The notes: a model not told the origin generated them from the sequence alone. A stretch of 61,723 nucleotides of DNA, filler included, from 6 parts of 6 records of this genome joined end to end with filler, not necessarily neighbours in it, one strand, 5' to 3'. Shown: positions 31,779 through 42,037, counted from the whole stretch's first letter. A program made the numbers and translations.

Positions 31779-33224
31779 ATGGCTGACCAACTGACCGGCT
31801 TTGATGCAATCGCCCTTGCACAATTGATTAAAAATGAGGAGATAACTTCTGCTGAACTGCTGGAAATCGTTATCGGCAGGATAGAAAAGGTCAACCCGGA
31901 AATCAACGCCGTAGTAATTTCCATGTACGAGCAGGCCGGAGCTGAAGCCGGGAATTCATCGGAAGGCATCTTCGGCGGCGTCCCATTTCTCCTGAAAGAC
32001 CTGATCGCCGAATGCAAAGGAGTCCTATTTCAGGAGGGATCGAAAGCGCTTAAAGGGCATATTTCAAAAATGGACAGTGAAATTGTACTAAGGCAAAAAA
32101 GAGCCGGCCTGATAATTGTCGGAAAAACAAGTACGCCGGAATTCGGCATCCTGCCGGCCACGGAATCAGCCCTTTATGGAGGAACCGCCAACCCATGGGA
32201 CGTAAGTCTCAGCCCGGGGGGTTCAAGCGGAGGCGCCGGAGCGGCTGTGGCTGCCGGAATCGTCCCCATGGCCCATGGCAACGACGCCGGCGGCTCCATT
32301 CGGTGCCCGGCTTCATGTTGCGGTCTATTCGGTCTCAAGCCGACAAGGGGTCGAATATCCTTGAGCCCAAACTACGGGGACGTAATTGGAGGAATAGCCT
32401 CCGAACACGCGCTCACAAGAACGGTTCGGGATTCCGCCGCTCTCCTGGATGAAACCGCGGGCCCCGGCTTGGGGGATCCATATTGGGCCCCGCCGCACGA
32501 AAGATCATTCCTGGAGGAAGTCGACCGAGATCCCGTCTGGTTAAAAATAGGCATTTTGACAACCATCCCCGAAGGCTGGGGAATCAAAAACGATATTCAC
32601 CCTGATTGCCGGGAAGCAACCATTGACGCCGCGCGTCTGTGCGAGAGCCTTGGCCACGTTGTTGAAGAGGTCGACCCGTCCCGGTTGAGTTATCCTAATC
32701 TATTCAAGCACTACGGTGTATTATTCAGTTGCGGCGTCGGACATTTTATCAAGTACTGGGAAAATGAAATGGGTAAAAAGATCGGAGCGGATGACGTCGA
32801 ATCCATGACCTGGACCAGCTTTCAAGCCGGTTTGAAATGGACCGGAGCCGATTATCTGACGGCGCTCGGGAAAATCCAGGAGTTTTCCCGCATGGTGGCC
32901 GGTTGGTATCACCAGAGCGGCTGCGATCTGCTTTTAACCCCGACTTTAAGCATCCCTCCGGTAAAGCTTGGCTCAATTCAAAATGCTGTAGATCCCATGA
33001 CCGGATTCAAATTGACCAATGCCCTGGTGGCCCTGACCTACATTCAAAACATGACGGGCCAACCGGCCATGTCCGTTCCTCTGTATTGGAATGAAAACAA
33101 TATTCCAATTGGAGTGCAATTCGCGGCCCGTTATGGAGAAGAAGGATTGCTGTTCAGGCTGGCCGGGCAGTTGGAAAAGGCTCGGCCCTGGAAGGATAGG
33201 ATTCCGCCTGTTAATTGCCTTTAA
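31779..33224 (+). CDS. Amidase-signature family amidase
   Basis: [25 protein letters not shown] and [13 protein letters not shown] (Lys-cisSer-Ser triad). Confidence 0.92.
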   Translation: MADQLTGFDAIALAQLIKNEEITSAELLEIVIGRIEKVNPEINAVVISMYEQAGAEAGNSSEGIFGGVPFLLKDLIAECKGVLFQEGSKALKGHISKMDSEIVLRQKRAGLIIVGKTSTPEFGILPATESALYGGTANPWDVSLSPGGSSGGAGAAVAAGIVPMAHGNDAGGSIRCPASCCGLFGLKPTRGRISLSPNYGDVIGGIASEHALTRTVRDSAALLDETAGPGLGDPYWAPPHERSFLEEVDRDPVWLKIGILTTIPEGWGIKNDIHPDCREATIDAARLCESLGHVVEEVDPSRLSYPNLFKHYGVLFSCGVGHFIKYWENEMGKKIGADDVESMTWTSFQAGLKWTGADYLTALGKIQEFSRMVAGWYHQSGCDLLLTPTLSIPPVKLGSIQNAVDPMTGFKLTNALVALTYIQNMTGQPAMSVPLYWNENNIPIGVQFAARYGEEGLLFRLAGQLEKARPWKDRIPPVNCL

Positions 33225-33382
33225 TAATAACCGGGCAGTTTTATTCAAGCTGAACATTTTAACTTTTTAATACGGAACGCATATCTAAAATACCGTACAG
33301 GAAATATTTTCCCACAAATTACACACCTATCTTTTTTGATTTATTTCTACTATCATTTTAAACAGTTACGGGACCGGACAAA

Positions 33383-33398
33383 TGGCACGAGAAGTGCA
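33383..33398 (+). promoter_or_regulatory. sigma54 (-24/-12) promoter
   Basis: TGGCACG-AGAA-GTGCA; GG-N10-GC spacing. Confidence 0.7.
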
Positions 33399-33405
33399 AA
33401 AGCTT

Positions 33406-33433
33406 TGAAGTATTTATGACCTTATGCCGATAA
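33406..33433 (+). promoter_or_regulatory. sigma28 (FliA)-type promoter
   Basis: TGAAG-N15-GCCGATAA; the -10 element is a perfect match. Confidence 0.6.
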
Positions 33434-33469
33434 GGTACGGTAGTGATAGGCGACTTGGAGGAGACAAAA

Positions 33470-34417
33470 ATGAGCGTCAGTGAAATTAAGGCCGATAGAG
33501 CTTTTCATAATTGGGGACACGGCCGCAACCGTATTAAAGACAAGCCGTCCGATAAACCGGAAGAATCGACAAGCGAGATTAAAACCGACGCTCAACCGGA
33601 ACAGGCAGGCGAACAAAATCGTGAAGCCCGAGGCGTTATACGCCTTCTTCAGGAAGGTCATTTTAAAGGCGTGGCCGATATACGCCTGCGCATTAACTTT
33701 TTTGACGAGCTTAATGCCCTAAATGAATCCGCCAGACAGGAAGTTGAACAGGCGGGCGCGGCTGAAATCGAGGAAACCATATCCGGACGCATCAGTTCTT
33801 TACTGGATGAAGAAAAATTGTCCGAAGAAGAAATCCAGGCTGTAACAGAAGCTCTCGGCAACTTTCAGAACGCTCAGGAACCCGGCGGCGGCGAAGCTTT
33901 AGCCGGTTTGCTGGATAGGTTTGAATCGTTGCGTGACGCCTTGGCCGCATTGGCCCCTGTTTTGGAGGAGACAACCGAAGAACCAGGCGCCTCTGAACTG
34001 GTTCAACCTGTTACGACGGAAGAAACGCCTGCGAATGGTTTTGTCCCGGTTAGCGACGCCCCGACTGAACCATTGGAAGAACCCACGGACGCCGCCCCGG
34101 AATCAGGCCTTCAACCCATTTTAGAAGAAGCTCCGGCTGAAACACCTACAACACCCGTCATGTCGGCCGAGGAAGATGAAACTGAAGATTCATTCGACTG
34201 GGCTGCTTTTGTCGACCAATTGTCTGCTGAATTCAATGAATTAGTCGGAGAATTGGAAGAAGAAATGTCCACGACAAGCGTCCTGCCCGAACTTTCGCCG
34301 CCATCCGGCCGGGGCAGAGCTTATGACAAGTTTTTGGCCATCTACCAGAATCTGTATAACACAGGCGCCGAGCTGCAAAATGAACCCGCGGACGCCGGCG
34401 TGGAAGTAATGGTTTGA
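33470..34417 (+). CDS. Hypothetical acidic protein with a Pro/Glu/Thr-rich linker
   Basis: SD GGAGGAG before the ATG at 33470; ordered-looking blocks GVIRLLQEGHFKGVADIRLRINF and LPELSPPSGRGRAYDKFLAIY flank a low-complexity region. Confidence 0.75.
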   Translation: MSVSEIKADRAFHNWGHGRNRIKDKPSDKPEESTSEIKTDAQPEQAGEQNREARGVIRLLQEGHFKGVADIRLRINFFDELNALNESARQEVEQAGAAEIEETISGRISSLLDEEKLSEEEIQAVTEALGNFQNAQEPGGGEALAGLLDRFESLRDALAALAPVLEETTEEPGASELVQPVTTEETPANGFVPVSDAPTEPLEEPTDAAPESGLQPILEEAPAETPTTPVMSAEEDETEDSFDWAAFVDQLSAEFNELVGELEEEMSTTSVLPELSPPSGRGRAYDKFLAIYQNLYNTGAELQNEPADAGVEVMV

Positions 34418-34561
34418 AGATGATGTTCTAATGGATTTTACTCCAGATGTAAGATACCGCATTAAACCGGGCGACTGATAGACGCAGGCGCGTACGCAAC
34501 CTTGGAAGGAATAGAAAAAAGGTCTTATAAGCGGGGCCGGCTAAAAAAAGAGGAGCCCGCG

Positions 34562-35242
34562 TCAGGATTCAGCTTTACCTCGGGCCTTCAATCGGGCGAT
34601 CATTGCCTTATAGTTTTTTACTGCTTCGAGTTCCTTGTCATCCAGTGGTTCAACCCATGGATTAGTCACGCGCCAGGTGATTTTGCCGCTTAGAGGCGGT
34701 TCAGGATAGGCGCCAATGTCATACAAAGAATAACCGCGAAAATCAACCGGGCTCTCCTGATAACAGGCCCAGACGGCCTTTCTGATTAATTCCGGGTCTC
34801 CCTCGAACTGAAGGTCAATCAAAGAAAGCTGATTTCGGAAACGCTCGATCGACTCATTCTGTAGATTGTAAAGATATGGGTGGGGCGCATCTGTTCCTAT
34901 AATACGTTTTTTTTCGTCAATCCCTTGATGAATCAAAGCTTTCATCGCCTCCCCGGTCAAATGACCTTCCGATTCAGGCCCTCCGAGGATCAAGTATCTG
35001 ATATTTGGATTGGCAATGATATTACATACTATTTTTTCAAAACCTATATTCTCTGTTTGCACTGTTCCGGAGAGCGCCGCGCCGCTTTCTATTCCAGTCC
35101 TCACCAGCATCTCAAGTTCGAGCGGTATCTTGTCCCCATCGCTGTTTAATATAATAGCCACACAAACCGGTGAAAAGTCATTTCCCCTTAGATACCTGCC
35201 TTCTTCCGGGGGGTAATCCGGATGAGGATTGACTTTAAGCAC
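34562..35242 (-). CDS. MtrA-like (methyl-H4MPT methyltransferase subunit A) corrinoid-binding protein, soluble
   Basis: YPPEEGRYLRGN, GAALSGTVQTENIGFEKIVCNIIANPNIRYLILGGPESEGHLTG, IIGTDAPHPYLYNL and IERFRNQ; no C-terminal TM. Confidence 0.8.
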   Translation of the reverse strand: MLKVNPHPDYPPEEGRYLRGNDFSPVCVAIILNSDGDKIPLELEMLVRTGIESGAALSGTVQTENIGFEKIVCNIIANPNIRYLILGGPESEGHLTGEAMKALIHQGIDEKKRIIGTDAPHPYLYNLQNESIERFRNQLSLIDLQFEGDPELIRKAVWACYQESPVDFRGYSLYDIGAYPEPPLSGKITWRVTNPWVEPLDDKELEAVKNYKAMIARLKARGKAES

Positions 35243-35405
35243 ATTTCACCTCCTTGCCGAAAGGATCCATACTTAAAAGCCAACTTCCTTGTATTATACA
35301 CCGGCCTGTAAGTTTTGAATTTTAACAGGACGGAATTGTGTCGGACTTTAAAGGGAGAAAACCATGAATTGCCCGTATAAATGATTTTTGACCATATGCC
35401 GGGCA

Positions 35406-35447
35406 TAAATAAAGCTCCCCACAGCAAGCTGCGGGGAGCTTTATTTA
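35406..35447 (-). terminator. Long hairpin directly after the extended barrel ORF (terminator/REP-like)
   Basis: TAAATAAAGCTCCCCACAGC-AA-GCTGCGGGGAGCTTTATTTA; the single mismatch is a G-U pair on the minus strand. Confidence 0.6.
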
Positions 35448-35456
35448 GTATTTTCA

Positions 35457-36272
35457 TCAAAAACTGAAACCGAATCCGATCATTGGGCCTTGAGCGGTCA
35501 TGTCCCACACAAAGTCGTCCTTCTTATAATCCTGGTACAGATAGCGATACATGAACTTGGCTGAAACAAGCTTTGTGATTTGCTATCTTACGCCGGCGAT
35601 CACCTGGTATGTAAAATCCGAACCTACGGTGAATCCGCCCAAATCTCCGTACCCGACAAAAGACCATTTTTCTGAAAATGGAGCAATGACCCGAAAGCCG
35701 ACGACCGGGTCAAACCAGTCTTCCGTTCCGCTCATACTGCGCACGCCGCCGGGAAATAATATACCGCTCGTGGTTATGGCCAGCTTCAGGTCGATATCCA
35801 GACGGGTGTAACGAACACCGCCGACCAGGTCCAACTTGGTGCGTTGGTCATGCAAACGATAGCCCGCGGAAAGCTGGTACATTTGCTGGGTCATTGTTGC
35901 TTCCAAGGCCCCCCGGAGAGACACTTTACCAAGAGGGCCCTGCCAGGATTTAGTCTGTTCGCCGGCCAACCGAAAATACAAGCCGTCGAATGACACAATC
36001 CACGGCCCCTTGCGCGCCTCCACTGATGCCATAAAACCAATATCAAGGTTTTCCCAGATATCGCTGAAGCTCATGTCGACTTCACCTGTCACCCTGCCGA
36101 CTCCAGTATCGCCGCTTAAACCGGACGCGAAAAAATACGGCGTTATTTCGAATCGCCATTTACCATCCTCGACGTCGTCTTGCGCAAGCACCGCCGGGGA
36201 AGCAGTCAATACAACCAGCAAACTAAAGGCAAAAATAAACACCGAATATCCAATCCTGAGCTTGTTCTGCAT
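35457..36272 (-). pseudogene. Outer-membrane beta-barrel gene interrupted by an in-frame TAG (nonsense allele or recoded)
   Basis: Signal peptide and barrel strands; TAG at 35583-35585, then 41 more in-frame codons QITKLVSAKFMYRYLYQDYKKDDFVWDMTAQGPMIGFGFSF* ending in Phe. Confidence 0.7.
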
Positions 36273-36616
36273 TATCCCAACTCCTCTTTGTCCCTTGCTA
36301 TGCTATTATTGCCTAACATCTTAGCCTGAGAAACTCATTTCAGGTCAAATCAGCGCCGTATAAAACAGACGCTTGCGGCAACACTTCATTATTGTGGGTA
36401 CAATTCATTTATATCATGATAGAAGCCAAATCTGAACCGTTCGCTTGTATTTATTTTACTGTTCCGTTTTAAGATGCCGGCTCATTCCGCTTGTGTTTTC
36501 GCAACCTCCAATATAGTATTTAATTATGTGTAATAACTAAACACGTTATAAGGATAAATAGAAAATCCGCAGTTTAGTATTTCATATATAGTTCAATTGA
36601 ATTTTCCGGAGGCATT

Positions 36617-37348
36617 TTGATGCTAAGATTGAAAATGCGCGACCTGGTTCAGAGAACAGGCGTGACCAAGGAAACAATCCATCATTTCAGAAGAAGGGGA
36701 TTGCTGCCTGTTTCCCAGAAAACCAGTCCCAACCAAGCCGTGTACACCGAAGAACACGTGGAGCGAATCCTGTTCATCAAGAAACTGCAGGAACAGTATT
36801 TCCTGCCGTTGACGGTTATAGAAAAGATAATTGACCGGCAGAAGGAGTCGCTGCTTGATGATGAATTAATGCAGATAAAAAGCGATTATTTCAAGCCCAC
36901 GGATCATCTGCTTCCTGAAAAAATAGTTGGTGAAGAAAAATTTCTCGATTTTGTCGGGCTTACCCAAGACAGGCTGATCTTTTTCGAGGAACACGGCATC
37001 ATAGAGCCCGAGATCAAAGATGGAAAAAAAATCTATAACCATGACATGGTGAAAATAGGGAAACTGATCGGCGATCTGAGGCGCGTCGGACTTTCATACG
37101 AGAACGGTTTTGACAAATTTGGCTTGAAAGAACAAAGGGACCTGCTTATGCCCGTCCTCGACCACATGGACCGCACGTTCAGGCAGGGATTGGAATCGAA
37201 TGATTTTACGAGGGAAGAAATTAAAAAACTGGCGCAAGCGTCTGTCGAGCTGATGCCCCTTTACGTGTTTTACATGGTTCATGTGCTGAGTACAAAGAGG
37301 CTTGCCGCTTATATTCATGACGAGCTTGAAAATGACAACCCGGAATAG
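36617..37348 (+). CDS. MerR family transcriptional regulator
   Basis: LKMRDLVQRTGVTKETIHHFRRRGLLP...YTEEHVERILFIKKLQ. Confidence 0.88.
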   Translation: MMLRLKMRDLVQRTGVTKETIHHFRRRGLLPVSQKTSPNQAVYTEEHVERILFIKKLQEQYFLPLTVIEKIIDRQKESLLDDELMQIKSDYFKPTDHLLPEKIVGEEKFLDFVGLTQDRLIFFEEHGIIEPEIKDGKKIYNHDMVKIGKLIGDLRRVGLSYENGFDKFGLKEQRDLLMPVLDHMDRTFRQGLESNDFTREEIKKLAQASVELMPLYVFYMVHVLSTKRLAAYIHDELENDNPE

Positions 37349-37465
37349 CTGGATTCGGCTATCACGCCTGTAGTTATATATTGAATGCACTGGCTTGGGG
37401 GATGTAAGAAAATCTAAACTCCTAAGGGCATAAACAGGGTGAATTGACGAAACTGCCATTAAATT

Positions 37466-37487
37466 GTTGGGTTACGCTGCGCTAACC
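37466..37487. repeat. Truncated REP-like palindrome at contig end
   Basis: GTTGGGTTACGCTGCGCTAACC, cut by the linker. Confidence 0.4.
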
Positions 37488-37587
37488 NNNNNNNNNNNNN
37501 NNNNNNNNNNNNNNNNNNNNNNNNNNNNNNNTTAATTAATTAANNNNNNNNNNNNNNNNNNNNNNNNNNNNNNNNNNNNNNNNNNNN
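37488..37587. other. Artificial contig linker
   Basis: N44-TTAATTAATTAA-N44. Confidence 0.98.
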
Positions 37588-37659
37588 GTCGCGTGTAAAA
37601 TCGTCTTCGTAACCGTAAGGTACTGCTTTCCCGTGTCGAACTATTACTACTCGTTTCAT
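37588..37659 (-). CDS. 5' fragment of a SixA-like histidine phosphatase, not in the ORF track
   Basis: Hand translation MKRVVIVRHGKAVPYGYEDDFTRD| with the RHG motif. Confidence 0.75.
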
Positions 37660-37768
37660 AACCTTGAGATATTAAATATTTTGAACATGTTGTGTATAAT
37701 TCTTTTACCAGAAATATTCGCAAATAGAAACAAATTTAGCTTAATTTGCGCGAATAAGACAAATTAAA

Positions 37769-38260
37769 ATGACGCGAATTGGTCTGTTATCTGACACGCA
37801 TGGATATATTCATCCCAGACTTTATACATTTTTCGAAAACGTTGATGAGATTTGGCATGCAGGTGATTTTGGCGATATAAAAACAGCAGATGAACTTGCC
37901 GAATTTAAACCAATAAAGGGAGTTTACGGAAACATTGACGGGCAGGATGTTCGTATTGTACACCCGCTACACCAACGGTTTAAGTGCGAAGGGGTAGATG
38001 TTTGGATGACGCACATTGGTGGTTATCCTGGACGTTACGAGCGTTATGTAAAACCCGAGATATTCAAAAAACCACCAAATCTTTTTATCAGTGGGCATTC
38101 GCATATCCTAAAAGTAATTTACGATAAAAAACTAAATTTTCTTCATATGAATCCGGGCGCGGCAGGGTACAAAGGCTTTCATAAAGTGTGCACTGCGCTG
38201 CGTTTTGTAATTGACGGAACGGATATTCGTGACCTGGAAATATGGGAGCATCAACGTTAA
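37769..38260 (+). CDS. Metallophosphoesterase (YfcE/MJ0936-like)
   Basis: SDTHG, HAGD, GNID, GHSH and NPG motifs. Confidence 0.9.
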   Translation: MTRIGLLSDTHGYIHPRLYTFFENVDEIWHAGDFGDIKTADELAEFKPIKGVYGNIDGQDVRIVHPLHQRFKCEGVDVWMTHIGGYPGRYERYVKPEIFKKPPNLFISGHSHILKVIYDKKLNFLHMNPGAAGYKGFHKVCTALRFVIDGTDIRDLEIWEHQR

Positions 38261-38334
38261 AAATAAATTAAAATATTGTTAAGCGCGCAACCCTTTAAGG
38301 CATTCTTTTATCTTCAAGAAAAAACTTATCTGAA

Positions 38335-38832
38335 ATGAAAACACTTAAGCAATTTGTTTTCTTCCTATTAATTTGTGCAGGGCTGGGTACCAGTGTAGAT
38401 CCCTATTATGGCACCTACAAACCCATTTTTATGTTACGTGAAGAAATGGAGAAAAACGTAAAGTTAAACGGACCTCAAAGTATTTTGAATCCCGGAAAGA
38501 TTTACATTAAAGACAAAATTATTTTTATCAATGAAAAATACCGGGGAATTCATTTAGTCGATAATACAAATCCTGAGGACCCTACAAATTTTGCATTTAT
38601 AAACATTGATGGATGTATTGACATGGCTGTTAAAGGAAATGTTTTATATGCCGATAACGCCGTTGATCTGATTGCGATTCAACTGGATGATAACCTAACC
38701 GATATTCAGGTTTCGCGACGTATAAAAAATGTGTTTCCAACTTTGATCTCGCCAGATGGTGAAGGGCTTACCTGGAAAGAAAAGCAAGCTAAACCAGATG
38801 GGGCTATACTGGTTCGCTGGGAAGAGCGATAG
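38335..38832 (+). CDS. Exported hypothetical protein (LVIVD-like repeat)
   Basis: Signal peptide; PGKIYIKD, GIHLVDNTNP and LYADNAVDLIAI. Confidence 0.7.
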   Translation: MKTLKQFVFFLLICAGLGTSVDPYYGTYKPIFMLREEMEKNVKLNGPQSILNPGKIYIKDKIIFINEKYRGIHLVDNTNPEDPTNFAFINIDGCIDMAVKGNVLYADNAVDLIAIQLDDNLTDIQVSRRIKNVFPTLISPDGEGLTWKEKQAKPDGAILVRWEER

Positions 38833-39059
38833 CAAACAAACGCTTTCAGTAATAATCATACAAATTTAAGAAGATGATGGGAGCATGGAACAACATTTTG
38901 GGTGTGTGCCCAATTAGAATATTAATGCAGGTTCCATGTGATTCCTCTAAAACAAACAATACAAATAAAATGAAACGAGCATGGTAAAACTTTGTCACAC
39001 AGGAGAAGGACTATCGTGCGAGTTACATGAGTCACTTTATAATAAACAATTATAGACGA

Positions 39060-39800
39060 ATGAAAATAAAGAATTATTTATGGATAGTACTGCTTCCTGT
39101 TCTTTTTGGGTCATGTTCCGATAATGATTCAATAGGGAGTAATCTGGAATCGGGACAGGGTGGATCGATGGCAAGATTTACCATTGTTGGCGACCACTTG
39201 TTTACCGTAGATCAAACCAACTTAAAGGTATTCGACCTTGACCAGGTGTGGTACCCCAGATACGCAGCCGATGTTTCGGTTGGTATTGATGTAGAAACTA
39301 TTTCTCCTTTTGGAGACAAACTTTTTCTGGGTACCAGTAGTGGAATGTATATATATGATATACAGGATCCGGAAAATCCTTCGCAGGTTTCGTTTTACGA
39401 GCATGTTGTGTCATGCGATCCTGTGGTTTCTGACGGCGAATATGCTTATGTAACTCTGAATAACTTAAGTGAAAGTTGCTGGAGGGCGGTGAACGAACTA
39501 CAAATTGTAAGTCTGGAGGATATGAGCAATCCCAATTTGGTGGCTCAATACGAAATGACAAATCCACAGGGACTGGCCATTAAAAACGATATCTTATGGG
39601 TATGCGATAATGGATTAAGGATTTTTGATGTTACAGAAAAGAACAACATAAAGGAGCTTTATCATTTTACTGATCTGGAAGCCTATGATATAATCCGCGA
39701 TGAGGATAGAGCGCTGGTAATAGGGGAGAGTGGTTTTGTACAATACAAAATAGAGGTAGATACTATTAGAAAACTTAGCGAAATTAAAGTTGGATTGTAA
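39060..39800 (+). CDS. LVIVD-repeat lipoprotein
   Basis: Lipobox LFGSC; GQGGSMARF, SCDPVV..EYAYVTL and repeated IYDI.DP.NP. Confidence 0.8.
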   Translation: MKIKNYLWIVLLPVLFGSCSDNDSIGSNLESGQGGSMARFTIVGDHLFTVDQTNLKVFDLDQVWYPRYAADVSVGIDVETISPFGDKLFLGTSSGMYIYDIQDPENPSQVSFYEHVVSCDPVVSDGEYAYVTLNNLSESCWRAVNELQIVSLEDMSNPNLVAQYEMTNPQGLAIKNDILWVCDNGLRIFDVTEKNNIKELYHFTDLEAYDIIRDEDRALVIGESGFVQYKIEVDTIRKLSEIKVGL

Positions 39801-39894
39801 ATAAAGGAAAACGAAACGCGTATGGTTCTGTTTGTTATACACGCAAATGACTAAGTATACAATCTACATCACTTTCTTTTTAAAATTGAAACAA

Positions 39895-40530
39895 ATGAAA
39901 AGATTAATTATATTATTGATTTTTGTGCCATTATTCACGATGGCTCAAACCGAAGAAACAAAATTGAATACATCGGGATTTAACTTTGGTGTAGTGCCAC
40001 AATACGCCATTATTAGTGGCCTACGAACAGATTTTGACTTGAAATTAAACGATAAAAATCATTGGTTGGTGTTGGCACCTCAGTTTTTTGTTAGCAATGA
40101 AGCAAGACTGGACTGGGATTACAACAGCATGTTTGGATTTGGTTTAGAAGTTCAGCATAAAATATTTATAAACAGAACTCAGATCGGAAAGGGAGTTTAT
40201 CTGGCATATGGGCCAACTTTTAATTTTTACTCGGTAAAGGACGATGGCCTTTCTGCGTATAATTTTGAAGAAGACGGAGGAAATTATATTGGATTAGAAG
40301 ATACGGAGATTACAACCAATATTTATAAACTGGGAGCCAATGTAATTGTTGGCGTTAAAAAAACCATAGCCGACTTTATGTATATCGATCCGTATATTGG
40401 TGTAGGAGTGAGGTTAAGTTACGATAACAAAACATCTGGCTTACACGATTATTATAACGAGTGGTGGGCTGATATGGGTTATTCCGGTACCCTAATGGTT
40501 GCCGGAGTAAGATTTGGAATAATGTTTTAA
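39895..40530 (+). CDS. Predicted outer-membrane beta-barrel protein
   Basis: Signal peptide MKRLIILLIFVPLFTMA; ends GVRFGIMF. Confidence 0.65.
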   Translation: MKRLIILLIFVPLFTMAQTEETKLNTSGFNFGVVPQYAIISGLRTDFDLKLNDKNHWLVLAPQFFVSNEARLDWDYNSMFGFGLEVQHKIFINRTQIGKGVYLAYGPTFNFYSVKDDGLSAYNFEEDGGNYIGLEDTEITTNIYKLGANVIVGVKKTIADFMYIDPYIGVGVRLSYDNKTSGLHDYYNEWWADMGYSGTLMVAGVRFGIMF

Positions 40531-40536
40531 CCTTAA

Positions 40537-41199
40537 CTAAAAATCAAACAGATTTGCCCAAAGCCGCTCAAATTCGTTTTTGTATTGTTTTACAATTTCA
40601 AATTTTGATGTGGCTAAAAGGTTTTCCTGGTTGTGTTTGGTAGCCGTATAGGTCCAGTTAAAACTGCCGGTAATGGCAACCCGGTTGTCAATAACTCCAA
40701 ATTTGTTGTGCATGTGGTATTGTGAATGGTCGATTTTTACCGAGATACCTGCTTTGGCCAGCCTGGCAATTTCCGAACCATTGTCGGTTGTCTTTTCATC
40801 GTCGGTTATTATTCTGACTTTAACCCCACGTTTATGGCAGGCTTTTATTTTTCGTGAAAGTTCGTTGTCGGTTATGGTAAAAATGCAAAGGTCAACTGTA
40901 TTTTGTGCATGTTCGAGTAAATACTTAATTTCATTTTTTATTTCGTTTCCGGGGCTAAAAAAAACACGATTAAAATGAAAAGCATGTTCATTGATGATTG
41001 AAATACATGTTTCGAGCCAGTCAATAGCCTGACTTTGGTCAAGATCATGCAATCCTTTAGCTTTTTCAATAAGCATCGATTTAAGTTTGTCCCTATCATT
41101 ACGGTTAAGTTTATTGATTTGAACCTTTACCGTTTTCGGAACATGCTTTTTGTTTAGCGAAGCACAGTGATTGACAAAGTAATTAAAAATTTCCTGCAT
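40537..41199 (-). CDS. Single-HKD phospholipase D-fold protein (Nuc/Zucchini-like)
   Basis: FFSPG, HMHNKFGVID, TGSFNWT and NQEN; start at 41199 avoids overlap with prmA. Confidence 0.85.
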   Translation of the reverse strand: MQEIFNYFVNHCASLNKKHVPKTVKVQINKLNRNDRDKLKSMLIEKAKGLHDLDQSQAIDWLETCISIINEHAFHFNRVFFSPGNEIKNEIKYLLEHAQNTVDLCIFTITDNELSRKIKACHKRGVKVRIITDDEKTTDNGSEIARLAKAGISVKIDHSQYHMHNKFGVIDNRVAITGSFNWTYTATKHNQENLLATSKFEIVKQYKNEFERLWANLFDF

Positions 41200-41200
41200 A

Positions 41201-42037
41201 TTATTTGGAAAAGGAGTACGCCACCCAATTGTTTTTTTCAACAAAACCGGCATCTTTCAAACCCAGGTTTTCGGCTTTTGTTTTAATCTCAGGTATATCT
41301 TCAGTGTAGAAACCACTTAAAATTAAAGTACCGCCCGGATTCAAAACATTCCGGTAGGCCTCCATGTCGTTGAGTAATACATTTTTATGAATGTTGGCAA
41401 AAATCAGGTCGTATGTTTCGTCTCCAAGCAAAGCTGCGTCTCCAAGTTTAGCCACAATATTGGTTATATTATTTAATTCTGCATTTTCCAGCGTTCCTTC
41501 ATACGACCATTTGTCCATGTCGATGGCCGTTATCTTTTGAGCACCTTTCAAGGAAGCCAAAATGCCTAATATCCCAGTTCCGCATCCCATGTCAAGTACA
41601 GCTTTTCCCTCTATATCATTCATTAAGATGGCTTCAATTATCGATGCAGTTGTTTCATGGTTGCCAGTTCCAAAGGCCATATTGGGTTCGATGACAATCT
41701 CGTATTTTGCTTTTGGATATTTTGTGTGAAAAGGTGCCCTGATTAAAAGTTCGTCTCCAATTAACAAAGGTTTGAAATAGTTTTTTTCCCATTCCTTGTT
41801 CCAGTTTTGTCCTTTAATAAGTTCTGTATCAATCTTAAACGAGAACTGGTTTTTATAAATATCGAGAATCTGTATCAATGCGTCTTCTGAATAATTAGAG
41901 GCTGGAATAAAGGCTTCAAAACCGGTTTCGGTTTCCATAAAACTCTCGAAACCAATGGTTGCCAGTTCTGCATTTAATACATCGCCTAACCATTCTTGAA
42001 AAGGGCTGAATTGAACGTTAACTTTTTTGTAATCCAT
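41201..42037 (-). CDS. prmA: Ribosomal protein L11 methyltransferase
   Basis: NWNKEWEKNYF, IEPNMAFGTGNHETT, LDMGCGTGIL, ANIH and SGFY. Confidence 0.93.
   Translation of the reverse strand: MDYKKVNVQFSPFQEWLGDVLNAELATIGFESFMETETGFEAFIPASNYSEDALIQILDIYKNQFSFKIDTELIKGQNWNKEWEKNYFKPLLIGDELLIRAPFHTKYPKAKYEIVIEPNMAFGTGNHETTASIIEAILMNDIEGKAVLDMGCGTGILGILASLKGAQKITAIDMDKWSYEGTLENAELNNITNIVAKLGDAALLGDETYDLIFANIHKNVLLNDMEAYRNVLNPGGTLILSGFYTEDIPEIKTKAENLGLKDAGFVEKNNWVAYSFSK

Noticed and set aside
28613-37459. Many overlapping 60-130 aa ORFs in the GC-richer contig
   Set aside because: Shadow ORFs antisense or out of frame to well-supported genes.
40537-41199. PLD nuclease as an anti-phage defence gene
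   Set aside because: It is coupled to housekeeping prmA with no helicase or other defence partners nearby.
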